DNA of 64,000 bases from Heptranchias perlo (lineage: Eukaryota): positions 3,038,001-3,102,000 of the forward strand of contig NC_090367.1 in the NCBI RefSeq assembly GCF_035084215.1, in the 5' to 3' direction. Numbering within the stretch: the first letter of the stretch is position 1; the number at the start of each line of letters is the position of its first letter. Position numbers and translations under genes: made by a program. Of this stretch, positions 1 through 12,082 are shown in pieces. The notes beneath the pieces are model-generated. The model saw nothing but the letters and a program-made list of their open reading frames with translations, made no database searches and was not told the origin of the DNA.

Positions 1-1012
1 AAATATATCTTTAAGTCAAAATAAAGGAACATAATACATCGTGCTGTAAATCCTGGATCAAATAGCACAGCCGCCTGTAAACTGCTTTCTTATTTTTATG
101 ATTGGAAAAGACAATAAACTTAAAGTTACATCAATGAGCAAGTTGTTACTTTTATTTAGAGATAAAAATTAGCTATGTGGATAAGAAAATACGTACACTG
201 AGTTTAGAGTTTATATAATGATTTAAAAAAAACTATTTCGGGGGGGTGGGGGGGGGGAAAGAATATACTATTTACATTCACATAAGACAACCTCCCAAAA
301 ATCCACTGATAAAACCTATGACTCGTATAACATCAGGATCATTATACAACTTGAATCAGGTCTGAAAAACATCATCTAATTCCCTCGCTTTTTTAAAGCA
401 CCTGGTCTCTGCTTGACACCAAAATTCTCGCCTTCATGTTGAGGGGGCATTCAAATTCATTTTCTCTTTTCTTTCTCATTTCAGCCAGTGCAGTCCAACT
501 CACTGTTGCTGCACTGTTCTATCGCTGTGATATTTAGATGGCAACTCTCCCTCCCAACTTCAGTCTCGGTTCCCATTGTTGAACAGACTGTCCCTGTGCT
601 GTAAATTCTATATGCATTTAAAGGGAGGCTTGAGGCATACATGAGGTAGAAGGGAACAGAGTGATAATTATCTCTTCCTGCCTTGCTCCCTTAAGAGTGG
701 GAGGAGGCTCATGTGGAGTATAAACGTAGACCAGTTGGGCCAAATGGCCTGTTTCTGCGCTGTAGATCCTATGTAATTCTAAATCTGCTGTCCCTGCACC
801 AGCAACATTGCTGCTGTTAGTGTGGCAGGTCAGGACTTCTGCCTGCCCGACTGACCAGGAGCTGACCCTGGCGAATTTTCCAGGACACAGCTAATGATGC
901 ACATCAGCATCTTCTGGTGTTACCTTTGTGAGGACAGTTGTAAGTGATCATTACTTAGTCAGAAGTACTCTATTTGGTCCTTGTAAATTGCTGTGCTGAT
1001 TAGGAAAACACT

Positions 1013-1155
1013 GACCTAAATTTTTCGAGTAAGCGCCAGCGGCAAGGAACCTCATCTGCCAGATATCAGAAAATCACAGGCAATCTGCCCATGATTTTTC
1101 TGATAGGCGACAGGCGAGATTCCTTGCCTCTGGCGTGCATTTGGAAAATTTAGTC
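1013..1155. mobile_element. Palindromic (fold-back) MITE-like element
   Basis: The left half (gacctaaatttttcgagtaagcgccagcggcaaggaacctc...) is an imperfect reverse complement of the right half (...gagattccttgcctctggcgtgcatttggaaaatttagtc) over about 70 bp. Confidence 0.7.
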
Positions 1156-1867
1156 CATTTTGTATTATCTTTCATCCAAAAAAGCATCAATTTGATTGCT
1201 GCTGACTTTATACGATTGTTTTACCTGAACGGATTTGTGAAGGCTAAGTCATGTCTGACTAATCTAGTTGAAATTTTTGAGGAGGTCCCTAGCAGGGTGG
1301 ATAGGGAAGAAAGAACTTCCTGCTCTTCTTCAAATAGCATCAAAAGATCTTTAGCATCCACCTGAATAGGCAGACGAAACCTCTGTAAGTGCTTCATTGG
1401 AGTGTCAGCCTAGATTATAAGTCCAAATCAGGACGTGGGGCTTGGACTCTCAACCTCCCAGAGGCAAAATGCTACCAAATAAGGCACTGACACCGTTACT
1501 GGACTATTAATATTATTTTGAGGCAATGGGTAAGAAGCATCAGGAGAGACTGCAACATCAAAATTAAATCCAATGCAAGGAAAAGACTGACAAGTCTCCG
1601 GCACAAAATATAGATTTGTTGATCTTACTTGCAGGATGCCTTCATCTTTAACTATTATTTTCAAGAGACGAGCAAGCTGCCTTGTAAAATGAATTTGGAT
1701 ATTCGAAAGGGTCTCTCACGTTGACGCTCATTCATTCGTTCCTTCCTCTGAACATTCAGGTATTGATTCCACCCTCAAGAAATACATACTCACATTTGAC
1801 ACACTGTACCTGGAAGACTTAGTTAGCTGTGGTGAGAAATGGATTCCTTGGGTTTCAGCATTCTTAC

Positions 1868-1884
1868 CTTTCGAAAAAAGACGC
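1868..1884 (-). CDS. ACYP: Acylphosphatase exon 2, 17-nt microexon (G-V-F-F-R-K)
   Basis: Minus strand reads ttcccttccctttctag|GCGTCTTTTTTCGAAAG|gtaagaa. Joined in phase 1 to exon 1 it completes the acylphosphatase signature GxVQGVxFR. Downstream exons were not found in the window. Confidence 0.88.
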
Positions 1885-2393
1885 CTAGAAAGGGAAGGGA
1901 ATAAAAATAATCATTCATGATGTTCAACAGGGGCCACAGCTGTAATGCTTATACTGAGAATGTTTCCCAGGTTGAGCAGTCCCGTGCACTCAGAAGGTAA
2001 GGAGGTGGATTATAAATAAAGATTCTGCTCAGGCCCAGAGGTGAGCTGGCCTCTCTGGCGATAAGATCATTGCAGCATTTTGGATACCCAGAGTTTCTGG
2101 AACTTACTGCCTTTTCTGGATCAGCTGAGTGGAGAACCCTCCATGTGGAGTGATAAGTGACTCTCATCCCATTAAGTTTGACGAGTGCCCAGCATCACTA
2201 ATTGAAAATACACCATCCCAGAAGTATTTGCTTGGATTTTTTTTAAAAAACATGCTGCAGTGATTCTTGTTCTGTTTGTTGTATTGTTTTGTTACTTCCA
2301 ACATATCTGTAAAAACTTTCACAAGTTTTAAAAAAATTCTTGTCTTCATGACGCTTGCCTCAACACATACGCCAGACAGAAACTCAATGACCT

Positions 2394-2679
2394 TTGAAAT
2401 TACGCCTAGCACAGCATTTGGATCATAAATACGGCACCGAAGCCCGATTTAAATATTTTAATGAGGCTCCAGCCTGTTTCGAGCAGGAGCATTGGCTGCA
2501 TATTTTGAGGTCTGCTCAAAAATCGAGTCAGACAGGCTTCGGGCAGCAAGGCATGTGTTTTAAAAACAATTTTTTTTGTCTGCCTACTGCCCTGTTTGCG
2601 CTGAAAAACAGGGCAGCGGGCAGATGAAAATTGCATCCTGCGAATCTTCATGCATTACTATGACAGAGCGCAATTTCAA
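2394..2679. mobile_element. Non-autonomous DNA transposon (MITE) with 12-bp terminal inverted repeats
   Basis: ttgaaattacgc at 2394 and gcgcaatttcaa at 2668-2679 (1 mismatch); CpG-rich interior. Confidence 0.55.
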
Positions 2680-2958
2680 CATTTTTCTCACCGTATCCCC
2701 TTTGAAATTAATACAATTCTGAACCTGGAGAATTTATATTATCTTTATCACTTTTTGTAGTCTGACCTTTGCTCTCATCCCTTCTTTTTCTTATCTTTAG
2801 ATTATAATTTTTACCATTATTTCTAACCCCCCCACCCACTTTATTAGTTTCAAGTCCTTTCTACAGTCTGTTATCTATTTTAATGGACATGTTTATCCAC
2901 TTTTAAATGGGTTGACATCTATGCTAAAATGGTGAACAAAGAAATCTGAAGATGCCGA

Positions 2959-3000
2959 GCCTTTGTATATTAATACCGCGCCTTTGTATATTAATACCGC
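2959..3000 (+). repeat. Perfect 21-bp tandem duplication
   Basis: gcctttgtatattaataccgc occurs twice in tandem. Confidence 0.9.
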
Positions 3001-3057
3001 GCGGTCGAATTCCAAGGCCTTAGAGAATTAACCTATGAAATAAACTGCAACTGAAAT

Positions 3058-3503
3058 AGAGTCATACAGCACGGATAGAGGCCCTTCGGCCCATCGTGTC
3101 CGCGCCGGCCATCAGCCCTGTCTACTCTAATCCCATATTCCAGCATTTGGTCCGTAGCCTTGTATGCTATGGCATTTCAAGTGCTCATCCAAATGCTTCT
3201 TGAATGTTGTGAGGGTTCCTGCCTCCACAACCCTTTCAGGCAGTGAGTTCCAGACTCCAACCACCCTCTGGGTGAAAAAGTTCTTTCTCAAATCCCCTCT
3301 GAACCTCCCGCCTTTTACCTTGAATCTATGTCCCCTTGTTATAGAACCCTCAACGAAGGGAAAAAGCTCCTTAGTATCCATCCTATCTGTGCCCCTCATA
3401 ATTTTGTACACCTCAATCATGTCCCCCCTCAGCCTCCTCTGCTCCAAGGAAAACAAACCCAATCTTCCCAGTCTCTCTTCATAGCTGAAGCGCTCCAGCC
3501 CTG
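3058..3503 (-). mobile_element. CR1 LINE, 5'-truncated 3' end
   Basis: ORF 3127-3462(-) LFSLEQRRLRGDMIEVYKIM...FFTQRVVGVWNSLP is the typical CR1 ORF2 C-terminus, followed by a 3' UTR. Confidence 0.9.
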
Positions 3504-3644
3504 GTTAAAATGGGGACACAACCGGGATTTGAACCAGTGAAACTCCCTGACCGAAATCAGACCCAAAGACCAACTGGCAACAGAGCCGTACAGCCACTGT
3601 AAAATTGTGTTGCAACGCAACCGATGCGCCATCCTTTCAGGACA

Positions 3645-4285
3645 ATGCACTTGGAAAAGGTCCAGAAGAGAGCTACGAGAATGATTCCTAGTTTAAAGAA
3701 CCCTAGCTACTTAGATAGGGCTAAGGAGCTGGTTCTATTTACTTTAAAACAGCATGGACTTGGAGGCAACCTGATAGCGGTCTATAAAATAACGAAAGGG
3801 CTGGATAGAGTGCCTAGTGATAGATTAGTCTAGTTTTAACAGATTGGGGAGGACCAGGGGACAGGAGTTCAAACTACACGAGACTAGGAATAGACTGGAT
3901 GTTGGGCGGTTCTTCTTTCCCCAGAGAGTAGTGAGACTCTTGGCACGCCTTCAAGAGGGAGCTGGACCAGTGCTCGACTGGTGAAGAGATCGTAGCATAT
4001 AGAAAGTAAGTGGCTTCACAGATAACATATGGTCCATGTGATCTCCTGAATTGGTTTCGAGCACCTGAGGGAATTGGAGTAGAATTTTCCAGAGTATATT
4101 TTCCATTATTGGCCCTGGGTTTTTTCTCTTTTTTTTTGCATCTCACAGATGATTACATAGTTGTGGGGAGGGAGGGGGGCGGTTAGGAAGTGTCTAGTCA
4201 TGATGCTCCAGCCATCCCGAGTGTGGGGCAGGCTTGGTGGACCAGCTGGTCTTTTCCTGCCCTCAATTTCGTATGTGCGTATCGC
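3645..4285 (+). mobile_element. Older CR1 LINE 3' fragment
   Basis: LEKVQKRATRMIP...GNLIAVYKI, degenerate, with a stop. Confidence 0.7.
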
Positions 4286-4718
4286 AATCTAGTTGAAATG
4301 AAGGTCTTGGTCATCCAACAGAGGCTATTCTCCAAATCACCAGATAGAACAAATCAGATTAATTTTAGATGCTATGAATACAACTGCTCACTCTGACTAT
4401 AATGAGAAAGATCTGCTCGGATAATGGTGCTTGTTGACTGGAAGTAGAGTATGTGTTATCGGCTAGTGCTGGGGCATTTTGTGGGCTCTGCTTCATGGAG
4501 GAAGCTTTGATCTTGATTGGTCACGGTGATATAACTGTTTCTTACAGAAGACTTGCAGGCTCATTCTAAATCGGCACCATGGAACATGGCCTGCTCCCAA
4601 TTCACACAAACAACCCTGCAATCTGCCGTTATAAAGATTTACGTTCAGCAGCTATTATTAAGAGGCCTGTGTTAGGTGGGTGACAGTATAACCAGCCTGT
4701 GTTCCAGATATACAGCTT

Positions 4719-4738
4719 GCAGCACCACCTAGAGGATG
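4719..4738 (-). promoter_or_regulatory. Candidate CTCF site
   Basis: Minus strand CCTCTAGGTGGTGCTG resembles the CTCF core motif; motif match only. Confidence 0.35.
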
Positions 4739-5716
4739 AAATTGTACATCAATTAAAACATTTACTGGTACATTAAGATCATAGTTGCTGGGAGCAGACC
4801 TTCTCCCAAACATAAAAGCTTTTACAAGAAGGGGACAAAAAGATAAAAAGTGACAGCGAGACAGATTGCGGACTCAGTGACATGAATGTAGCTGTTAATT
4901 TTTTTGCTGAGACATATTGCAATCAATTGAAAAAAAATGTTTTTTTTCCTTCTAAAAAGTGAAGCATATTGTGACCCCCTGGAACAAAATGCATTTTTTT
5001 TTGATAATGAGACAGATTGCAACCTCTTGAATTGAATGAAGTTGTGGTTTCTTTTAAAAAGGCACATAGATCTGTAATATATAATAAACTACTATTGTTA
5101 AAATGATATCCATTGTTCAGTTTTGGAGCAGCATTGGTCTCTACCACAATGCAATCAACAATAATAAAGTCACCTGCAGCCAGAAACATCAACTAAAATT
5201 TGCTACCGTCAAATACGGAGCTGCAGTTCACAAGGCCATTCAACCCATCATAACTCATCTGCAAAACATCCCTACAGCTTCTCCATCACAACACCCAAAC
5301 TGTTTCTTAAACAGGTACGAGGCTTTTGCCTCCACCAATCTAACCGAAGACTGTTGCACCTCTCATTTATCGTGTGAAGAACTTTCCGGTATCAAAACAG
5401 GCTTTCCGGAATTGGTCATTTTAAAAAAACATTAAAAATATAATCAACCACATTTTCTTTGATCTCATTATTTAAGGGTGGCCCTTGTGCTGTTGTCCAT
5501 TTCTGCGTTGTGCCACAAACAAAGAAACTCAGGTACAAATTCCCATCCGAAGTGACGTTCCCATCTGGTCTACTCCCAAATGACAAGTTCCCAGTCTTGG
5601 CTGGATCATCTGGTTAAATACTAACCCTAGGCAAGGTGCTTTGCTATTGGGTAGAAGAGAAACACTCGGAGATGATCCTGTTAACAATTTTGTTTAAATG
5701 CTAATTTTTTTTAAAA

Positions 5717-6055
5717 ATTCATTCTCGGGATGTGGGTGTTGCTGGCAAGGCCAGCACGTATTGCCCATCCCTGATTCCCCCTCGAGAGGTGGTGGTGGGC
5801 CTTCTTCTTGAACCGCTGCAGTCTGTGTGGTGAAGGTTCTCCCACAGTGCTGTTAGGAAGGGAGTTCCAGGATTTTGACCCAGCAACAATGAAGGAACGG
5901 CGATATGTCCAAGTCGGGAGATGTGTGACTTGGAGGGGAACTTAGAGCTAATGTTGTTCCCATGCACCAGCTGCTCTTGTCCTTCTAGGTGGTGGAGGTT
6001 GTGGGTTTGGCAAGAGCTGCTGAAGAAGTCTCGGTGAGTTGCTGCAGTGCATTGT
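5717..6055 (-). mobile_element. LINE family B 3' end (same family as 52208-54035)
   Basis: Reverse complement of the ...gggatgggcaataaatgccggcc...cccacatccc tail seen at 53960-54030. Confidence 0.85.
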
Positions 6056-6529
6056 TAGAACAGCAGGCTCAGAGCTGCTCAGTGCAAGGGCGCTGAACTG
6101 GCATCAAATAAATCCAGTCATTAGTGAGAGTATGAAGAAGTTGAATGAATGTCAAATGGAGGCATTCATTAACCAAGTATGCTTCAGTGATTGCATCAAT
6201 TCAAACAATGTGCATTAATTCTGCTCCTTCACAATTACAAGAGTGATTACTTCTTCCAGGCCAGATCCCAGATTGCGCCATCAGCATTCACTATCTAAAT
6301 GAAATTAATCGATAGAAATGCACAAAAAGCACAACACAGGACCATTTATTTTTTCTCCCTTTCTGTCTCGAAAGCGCCAACTTTCGCTGGAGTGCGGTTT
6401 GACAGGTGACAGCAGCCCTTTGTTAACTCCCCCAAGTGATTAGCTTCACGGGAGCCGACAGTATCTGACCATAGGGAGGAGAGTGGCATCACAGCCGAGC
6501 CCGATCCTACACCCACCTAGGGGGCAGGG

Positions 6530-7700
6530 GTTAGGGAGGGAATTCCAGGGGCCCAGGAGGATAAACAGATAGTTGTCAATGGTGGGGCAACATGAGGAGG
6601 GGTGGGGGGGGTGGGGGAGATGTATAACTGGCCAGAGTCAGAGGAAAGAAAAGTTTGTGGTGGGGGTGTTCTGGGGCTGGAGGGTTACAGATGTATGGAG
6701 GGGGCGAGGCCACAAAGGGATTTCAAAACGAGGATGAGAATTTTAAATTTGAGGTGTTGGGGGACCAGGTGCTTATGTAGGTCAGCGATGACAGGGGTGA
6801 TGGTTAGTGGGACTTGGTGTTGAATAGAATACCGGCAGCAGAGTTTTGGATGAGTTGAAGTTTACGAAGGGTGGAGGATGGGAGGCTAGCCAAGAGAACA
6901 TTGAATTAGTCAACTCTGGAGGTGACAAAGGCACAAATGAGGATTTCAGCAGCAGACGGGTTGAGACAGGGGTGGAGGTGAACAGAAGTTTTTATGGAGA
7001 AAATGTGGCGTCAGTAGCTCAGTTTGGGATCAAATAGGATGCAATGGTTATGAACAGTGTGGTTTAGCCTGAGGCAATAGCCAGGAGGGGGATGGAGTCA
7101 TTACCAAGGGTACGGAATTAGTAACAAGTGCTAAAGACAATGGTTTCCTAATGTTTACCTGGAGAAAATTGCAATTCATTCAAGACCGGATGTTGGACGA
7201 GCAGTTTGACAGCACAGAGGTAGTGGAGGGGTCGAGACAGGTGGTGGAGAGGTAGAGCTGGGGGTCGACAATGTACATGTGAAAGCTGAACCAATGTCTA
7301 TTGATGATGTCATCAAGGGGCAGCGTGTAGGTGAGGAAGAGGAGGGGCTGAGGATGGATCCTTGGAGGACTGTGGAGGTAAACAGTGGAGTAGAAACCAG
7401 AGTAGAAGCCATTGCTGGAGATGCTCTGACTATGATTGGATTGGGAAGAGTGGAACCAAGCATGGACAATCCTACTGAGTTGGACAATGGAGGAGAGGTG
7501 TTGGAGTGGATGGTGTGGTCAACCTTATCAAAGGCCACAGAGATGTCGAGGAAGGTGAGGAGAGATAATGCACCACGGTCACAGTGACAGAATATCATTT
7601 GTAATTTAGGTTAGAACAATTTCACTGCTGTGGGAGGGGAGGAACCTCATTTGAGAGATTCAAACAGGGAGTTGCGGGAGAGATGTGAACAGATTTGCAG
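6530..7700 (-). mobile_element. Degenerate L2-type LINE fragment
   Basis: Minus-strand RT remnants such as LLTFLDISVAFDKVDHTI and VLQGSIL, with frameshifts. Confidence 0.8.
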
Positions 7701-8698
7701 AAGGGCCCAGAAATGGCATAAAAAAAAACACTTACCTGAACCAGCGTGGGCCTTTTAAAGTACTTCCAGCCTGAAATGTCTACCTTGAGGCCCCCTTCTG
7801 CAAGATATCCTGGGTGTGCTGGGAGCGAGGTATCCAGCGCACCTACCGACTACAAAATGAAATGGCCACCCTTCTCCATACCCTCTCGTATATCTGCATG
7901 CTTCGGGCAGGAGCTTCCAATGCCCACCCCTGGCCTGACCAGAAATTGGTGTGGAGCCAAAATTAGGCAGCAATGAAACGGAACTGTTAGTTGATGATTC
8001 CATACGACGCTAAAAACCAACCTCAATGTCACTACACATAGTAACCACATCAGTGTCCGTCCCCTCCACCAACCCAATATTTGCATGTGTCATTTACACC
8101 AAGGCCACTGGATAGCCATCAGGAGTGGCTGATTTTACCTTCCCCTAGTTCAGAGACATTATCATTAAACATCATCATCAAACTTGAGCTCGAATATGGG
8201 GCCTTCTTCTATGATTTAGTGCTATACAGGTGCATTTATCCACTAAACCATTGGGTTAGCTTAGGGATCAATCATAATCATTCACGTATTTCTAAAAAAA
8301 AAATAAACAGCGAAACACACTCTGTACAGTGAACGTTATCTCCGAAGCTGGGCATTTTAAACATATTGCAGCACAGCATAACTAAAGAATCTTTGAAATG
8401 ACTTGTTTATTTTCATACACAAATGACCAAATTTTAAATTATAGAAGTTAAAAGCTGTCAGTCACTCTCACTGAAAAATAAGAGCTTTATAAAGCAGTTT
8501 GATTTTCTAAATAACCAACATCTCCTCGGCATTTGCTGCTTTTGATGGCAGATGGCTTTTGCAGCTCGAGTCAGTTTCGCTGTGCTATTTTCAGCAGACA
8601 CACCCCCTAGTCTAGCCAGAGAAAGGAGATGAAATAAAATTGAAAAGAATTTGCAGGAAAGGAGTGTAATTTACAATCTTGTCCTGCATTATACCAAC

Positions 8699-8759
8699 CC
8701 TGCACGTCCCCGAAGATCTCGTAATCCACAGATTTCAATCCTGTGCTGGAGGAGCTCAT
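8699..8759 (-). CDS. ACYP: Acylphosphatase exon 1 (MSSSSTGLKSVDYEIFGDVQG)
   Basis: ATG at 8759. LKSVDYEIFGDVQG matches the ACYP1/ACYP2 N-terminus as I recall it (SVDYE[VI]FG[RK]VQG). Phase-1 donor G|gttggt at 8698. Confidence 0.9.
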
Positions 8760-11529
8760 CTCTGTGCCGGCACGTTCAAACTGGAGTGCGCTGCAATCTG
8801 ATAGCAGGGCCACTGCTTCTGGCTGTGGTCTCCACAGGATTCTAATGGGAACAAAATTCCTTCCGTCAGCAAGAGAGAGAGGGAGGGAGAGAATGAACAA
8901 GAGAACAACGAAGATAGACTGAGGAGTGAAGCATGCACTGAATTTCTGTATTACTGTAGCATCTTGTATGGGGGGTGGGGGGCCTGGAGATTGGTAATGC
9001 TTTACATTGTAGTGGACGTATTTCACTAGAGAATTTTGGATTGTTTAGGGGTTTAATTTGCTCTGGTTTATGAGTTTGTGTGAAATTCGATGCATTATTT
9101 TGTTCGCCCATTTAAATGATTTAACAATTGCAGTGAAATAACGCCCACAGGAATTTTACCCAAATACATCAATCCCCCTTAAAGTTCTTAATTTTCAGTT
9201 TTCGCTCATTTTTCTAGGTACTGAAATTTTGAAATTGTAGGTATTCCTGATCTTTTCACACTCAGATTTTCACCCAAAAACTGACAGCCTTGCCAACGTG
9301 CTGGGTTTTCTAAAATTTGCCATGGTGGCCAAGTTCGCTATTCCCTGTTGGAATTTCCAGGCTGTCCATGACCTCTTTTTCTCCTTGGTCATTTACCTCC
9401 TCCCTCTCTCAACCTCTTTACATCTCGTTTGGGAAGTAAGGGTATTGAGGCATTAAATTATTTCTGAATAGTTTTGAATAATTATTATTAATTGTCTTTT
9501 GTGAAGACCCCAAGATGCAGAACAAAAATACACAATAAAATTGAAACAGTATGCAAGTCAAAAAGTAACATTTCAGACAGCAACTTCAGGTTTGTATCCT
9601 AACCCTATGGTTCAGGTAATTATTGTAATTATATATGAACCATGACCATATGAACTTTTGATTAGAATACTGCCTTGTAACTGCTCTCAGACAAAGAGTC
9701 TTCTGCAGTAAATATTTAGCATAGAAAATGGTAAATTCATCAACAAGATTCATCCAGACACAAACACACCCGTTAAAAGTCTAATCACTTTTGCTTAGAA
9801 TATGCTATTGTCGTGCACTTTCAAATGCATTTGTTCAGATCAAATACTGTGCGTTACAAACAATTTCTAAACATTTTTACGTCTATTTACCACTCAATCG
9901 TTAAAAGGTTAACCAAGCAGTCTGCTTCTAGTCTTCCATCAAACTCTAAACCAGGCTACGATTGGGAGCTCAACATTTTAGCAATTGCTAGCACATGTCC
10001 TGCTGCTTCACAGCTACACTAAGGGCCACCCAAAACATACTTATCAAGTTCTTTTAGAGGTTTCAGACTGCAAAAGGGACATCAGCATTTATTCCGTTTC
10101 TATCCTTTCTACTTCACAAACATTACTTAGGATAAAATCCCAATTTATATTAGGGCGTGTTGCTATGAACAACGTTGTCATTTTGCCCAAGACCATGGAG
10201 AAAACATGCCGGGGCAATGAAAATCCTGAAGTATACATGTCAGTGGGCTTGATGAAGACTATCTGCTCTGTGCCAAAATTTACCCTTTATAATAGTGAAG
10301 AGAAAAGGCTGAGCTGCCAAGGCCGATTGCGGCACTACCATAAGAGTTCCCAGTGCTTAAACCAGATTTCCATGTTTATGCCGGGGGTGCAACAGTGCTG
10401 CAAGTGTACTCAACATTCTGCACCAATCCAAAAAGTCTGGAACTATTAGCAGGGGCAAAGCCCTCCCAGCCCATGGAAATCTTGTCCAAAAAGCGTTTGT
10501 CTTTTGCACGTTAGTTTAAACATTGAAATCGACAGCTAATGGACATACATAAGGCTATGAAGAATCCATGACTGCCTCATACTTTCAGCAGCTGCTAGAC
10601 TTAACTTTGTTATGCCACGAAATATTGTTTAAAAAAAACTTTGTCCTGTGAAGAGAAAGATCACAGAAAATAACAAAGAGATAAATTCTCAGAAAACATA
10701 TTCCCCCTACTCTACACTACACGTTATGACCCTAACCAATAGTTTGCAAAAAGTCAGCTCGTCAGTGAAGGGTTGCTGCCATGATTTATGGCATTATCAG
10801 TTTCCCAATATTTGCATAGCTGTCTTGAACACAGTTTCTTTTATTCTTTTTCCAATTTTCTCCCTCTTTTCTCTCCCCACTCCCTCTCTTGAGCATAAGA
10901 TCTTCGTTTTTGTCTGAGATTTCCAGCATTTGCAGGGTTTTCTTTTAAAATTGTAGTGCCGTCACTGTTCAGATTAACAAATTTGTTGAGGAAATGGCCG
11001 TTGAAAATCTATAAAACCACAGAACTAGCTTTGTCACTTGAAACTCAAGCTTGTTATTTGCCAAAACACATAGGGCTGGGGCAATACCCCTTCAGTTCCT
11101 CCCCTCAGTCACCCGTTGTAAAACATGGTGGTAAGAGCTTACAGCTACAATTCGCTCAGCACGTTTATCGTTTGAAACCTGTATCTTAAGGCCACGGTTA
11201 CTCTTTGGTTGATCGCAACCTTCTGGATAACAGTGTGACCATTCTATGATGAAGATTAGATGTACCAGTCTCAGAGACATATGTGCAGTCCCCAAAACAT
11301 GGTTGCTGTCAACAACATAGCACTTGCATATTGTTCCATGCCCGAAAATCACACTGAATGGTACTCGTGCAAGGGCCAGACACCAGAGTTCAAGTTTTAC
11401 GTACATTTGTAGATGCCTAGTATACACACACATATATGGTACTGTAAAGAGACCCTAGAACATTAATTAGCGAATAATTCTTGCAGTATCAAGAGGTTGG
11501 GTTAAAAATTAATTCTTTAAAAAAAGGGT

Positions 11530-11605
11530 CCCAAATGAAAACCACACATGCGTCTAATTGTCTTTATCCCAAATGAAAATTATACATGCGTCTAATTGTC
11601 TTTAT
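11530..11605 (+). repeat. 38-bp tandem duplication
   Basis: cccaaatgaaaa(cc/tt)a(c/t)acatgcgtctaattgtctttat occurs twice. Confidence 0.85.
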
Positions 11606-11721
11606 CAAGTAAGTAAACATCTGTCCATGGGCAGGTTTATCAATCTGGACTGACCCGTCCATAAAAACATCAGGGCGATGGCTTGGAAGCAAAACAGATT
11701 TCTAATTCGTACGTACTTGTA

Positions 11722-11735
11722 GTTTCCATGGAAAC
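11722..11735. promoter_or_regulatory. Perfect palindromic RFX X-box, probable promoter element of the GPR75-like gene
   Basis: GTTTCCATGGAAAC, about 350 bp upstream of a strong splice donor. Confidence 0.6.
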
Positions 11736-11749
11736 GCTCCTTAGAAACA

Positions 11750-12082
11750 GGAGATTGCTCCAGAGTGCTGCATCAGATGAAAAAAAGCTTGTTTAACAAT
11801 GAGACTGCAATGTATGTCAGTGTATTGAATGGATTAATTGAATTTTTTTTTCAGGTCCGTATTTGGCGTTGCATTTTTTTGGCCTGTGGATGGGTTTCTG
11901 GTCGCCGTTTGATGCAACTTGGTATGTTTTTGTCGAGCCTGAGAATTTCTGATTCCCTCAGTCATCAATGTCAAAAACCTGCAGTACCTAGTCTGAATGC
12001 CAAATTGCTTCTCTCGTCTCATGGAGATTTAACACACTATCCATCACAGCCAAGATGTGATCCTATAATCAAACACAAACTG
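11750..12082 (+). other. GPR75: Probable non-coding exon 1 of the GPR75-like gene (start approximate)
   Basis: Repeat-free sequence ending in consensus donor CTG|GTAAGT (12083). A matching acceptor ttttctgattccag| precedes 22935. Human GPR75 has a non-coding first exon. An in-frame TGA at 12058-12060 excludes a coding extension. Confidence 0.5.

Noticed and set aside
1629-1680. Exon-like minus-strand segment QLARLLKIIVKDEGILQ|gtaag
   Set aside because: No similarity to the expected ACYP exon 3 (T..EA.K.G..GWV.N) and the phase does not fit.
1794-1826. Exon-like 33 nt on the minus strand (cacag|LTKSSRYSVSN|gtgagt) just after the ACYP microexon
   Set aside because: The implied intron would be only 41 nt and the peptide is not acylphosphatase-like.
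4858-5075. Repeat-spacer pattern superficially like a CRISPR array
   Set aside because: Vertebrate intron, 12-bp degenerate repeats, related spacers and no cas genes; kept only as a periodic-motif finding.
9985-10449. 154-aa ORF between ACYP and GPR75, considered as a PSME4 remnant
   Set aside because: No recognisable similarity to PSME4 or any domain; no convincing splice signals.
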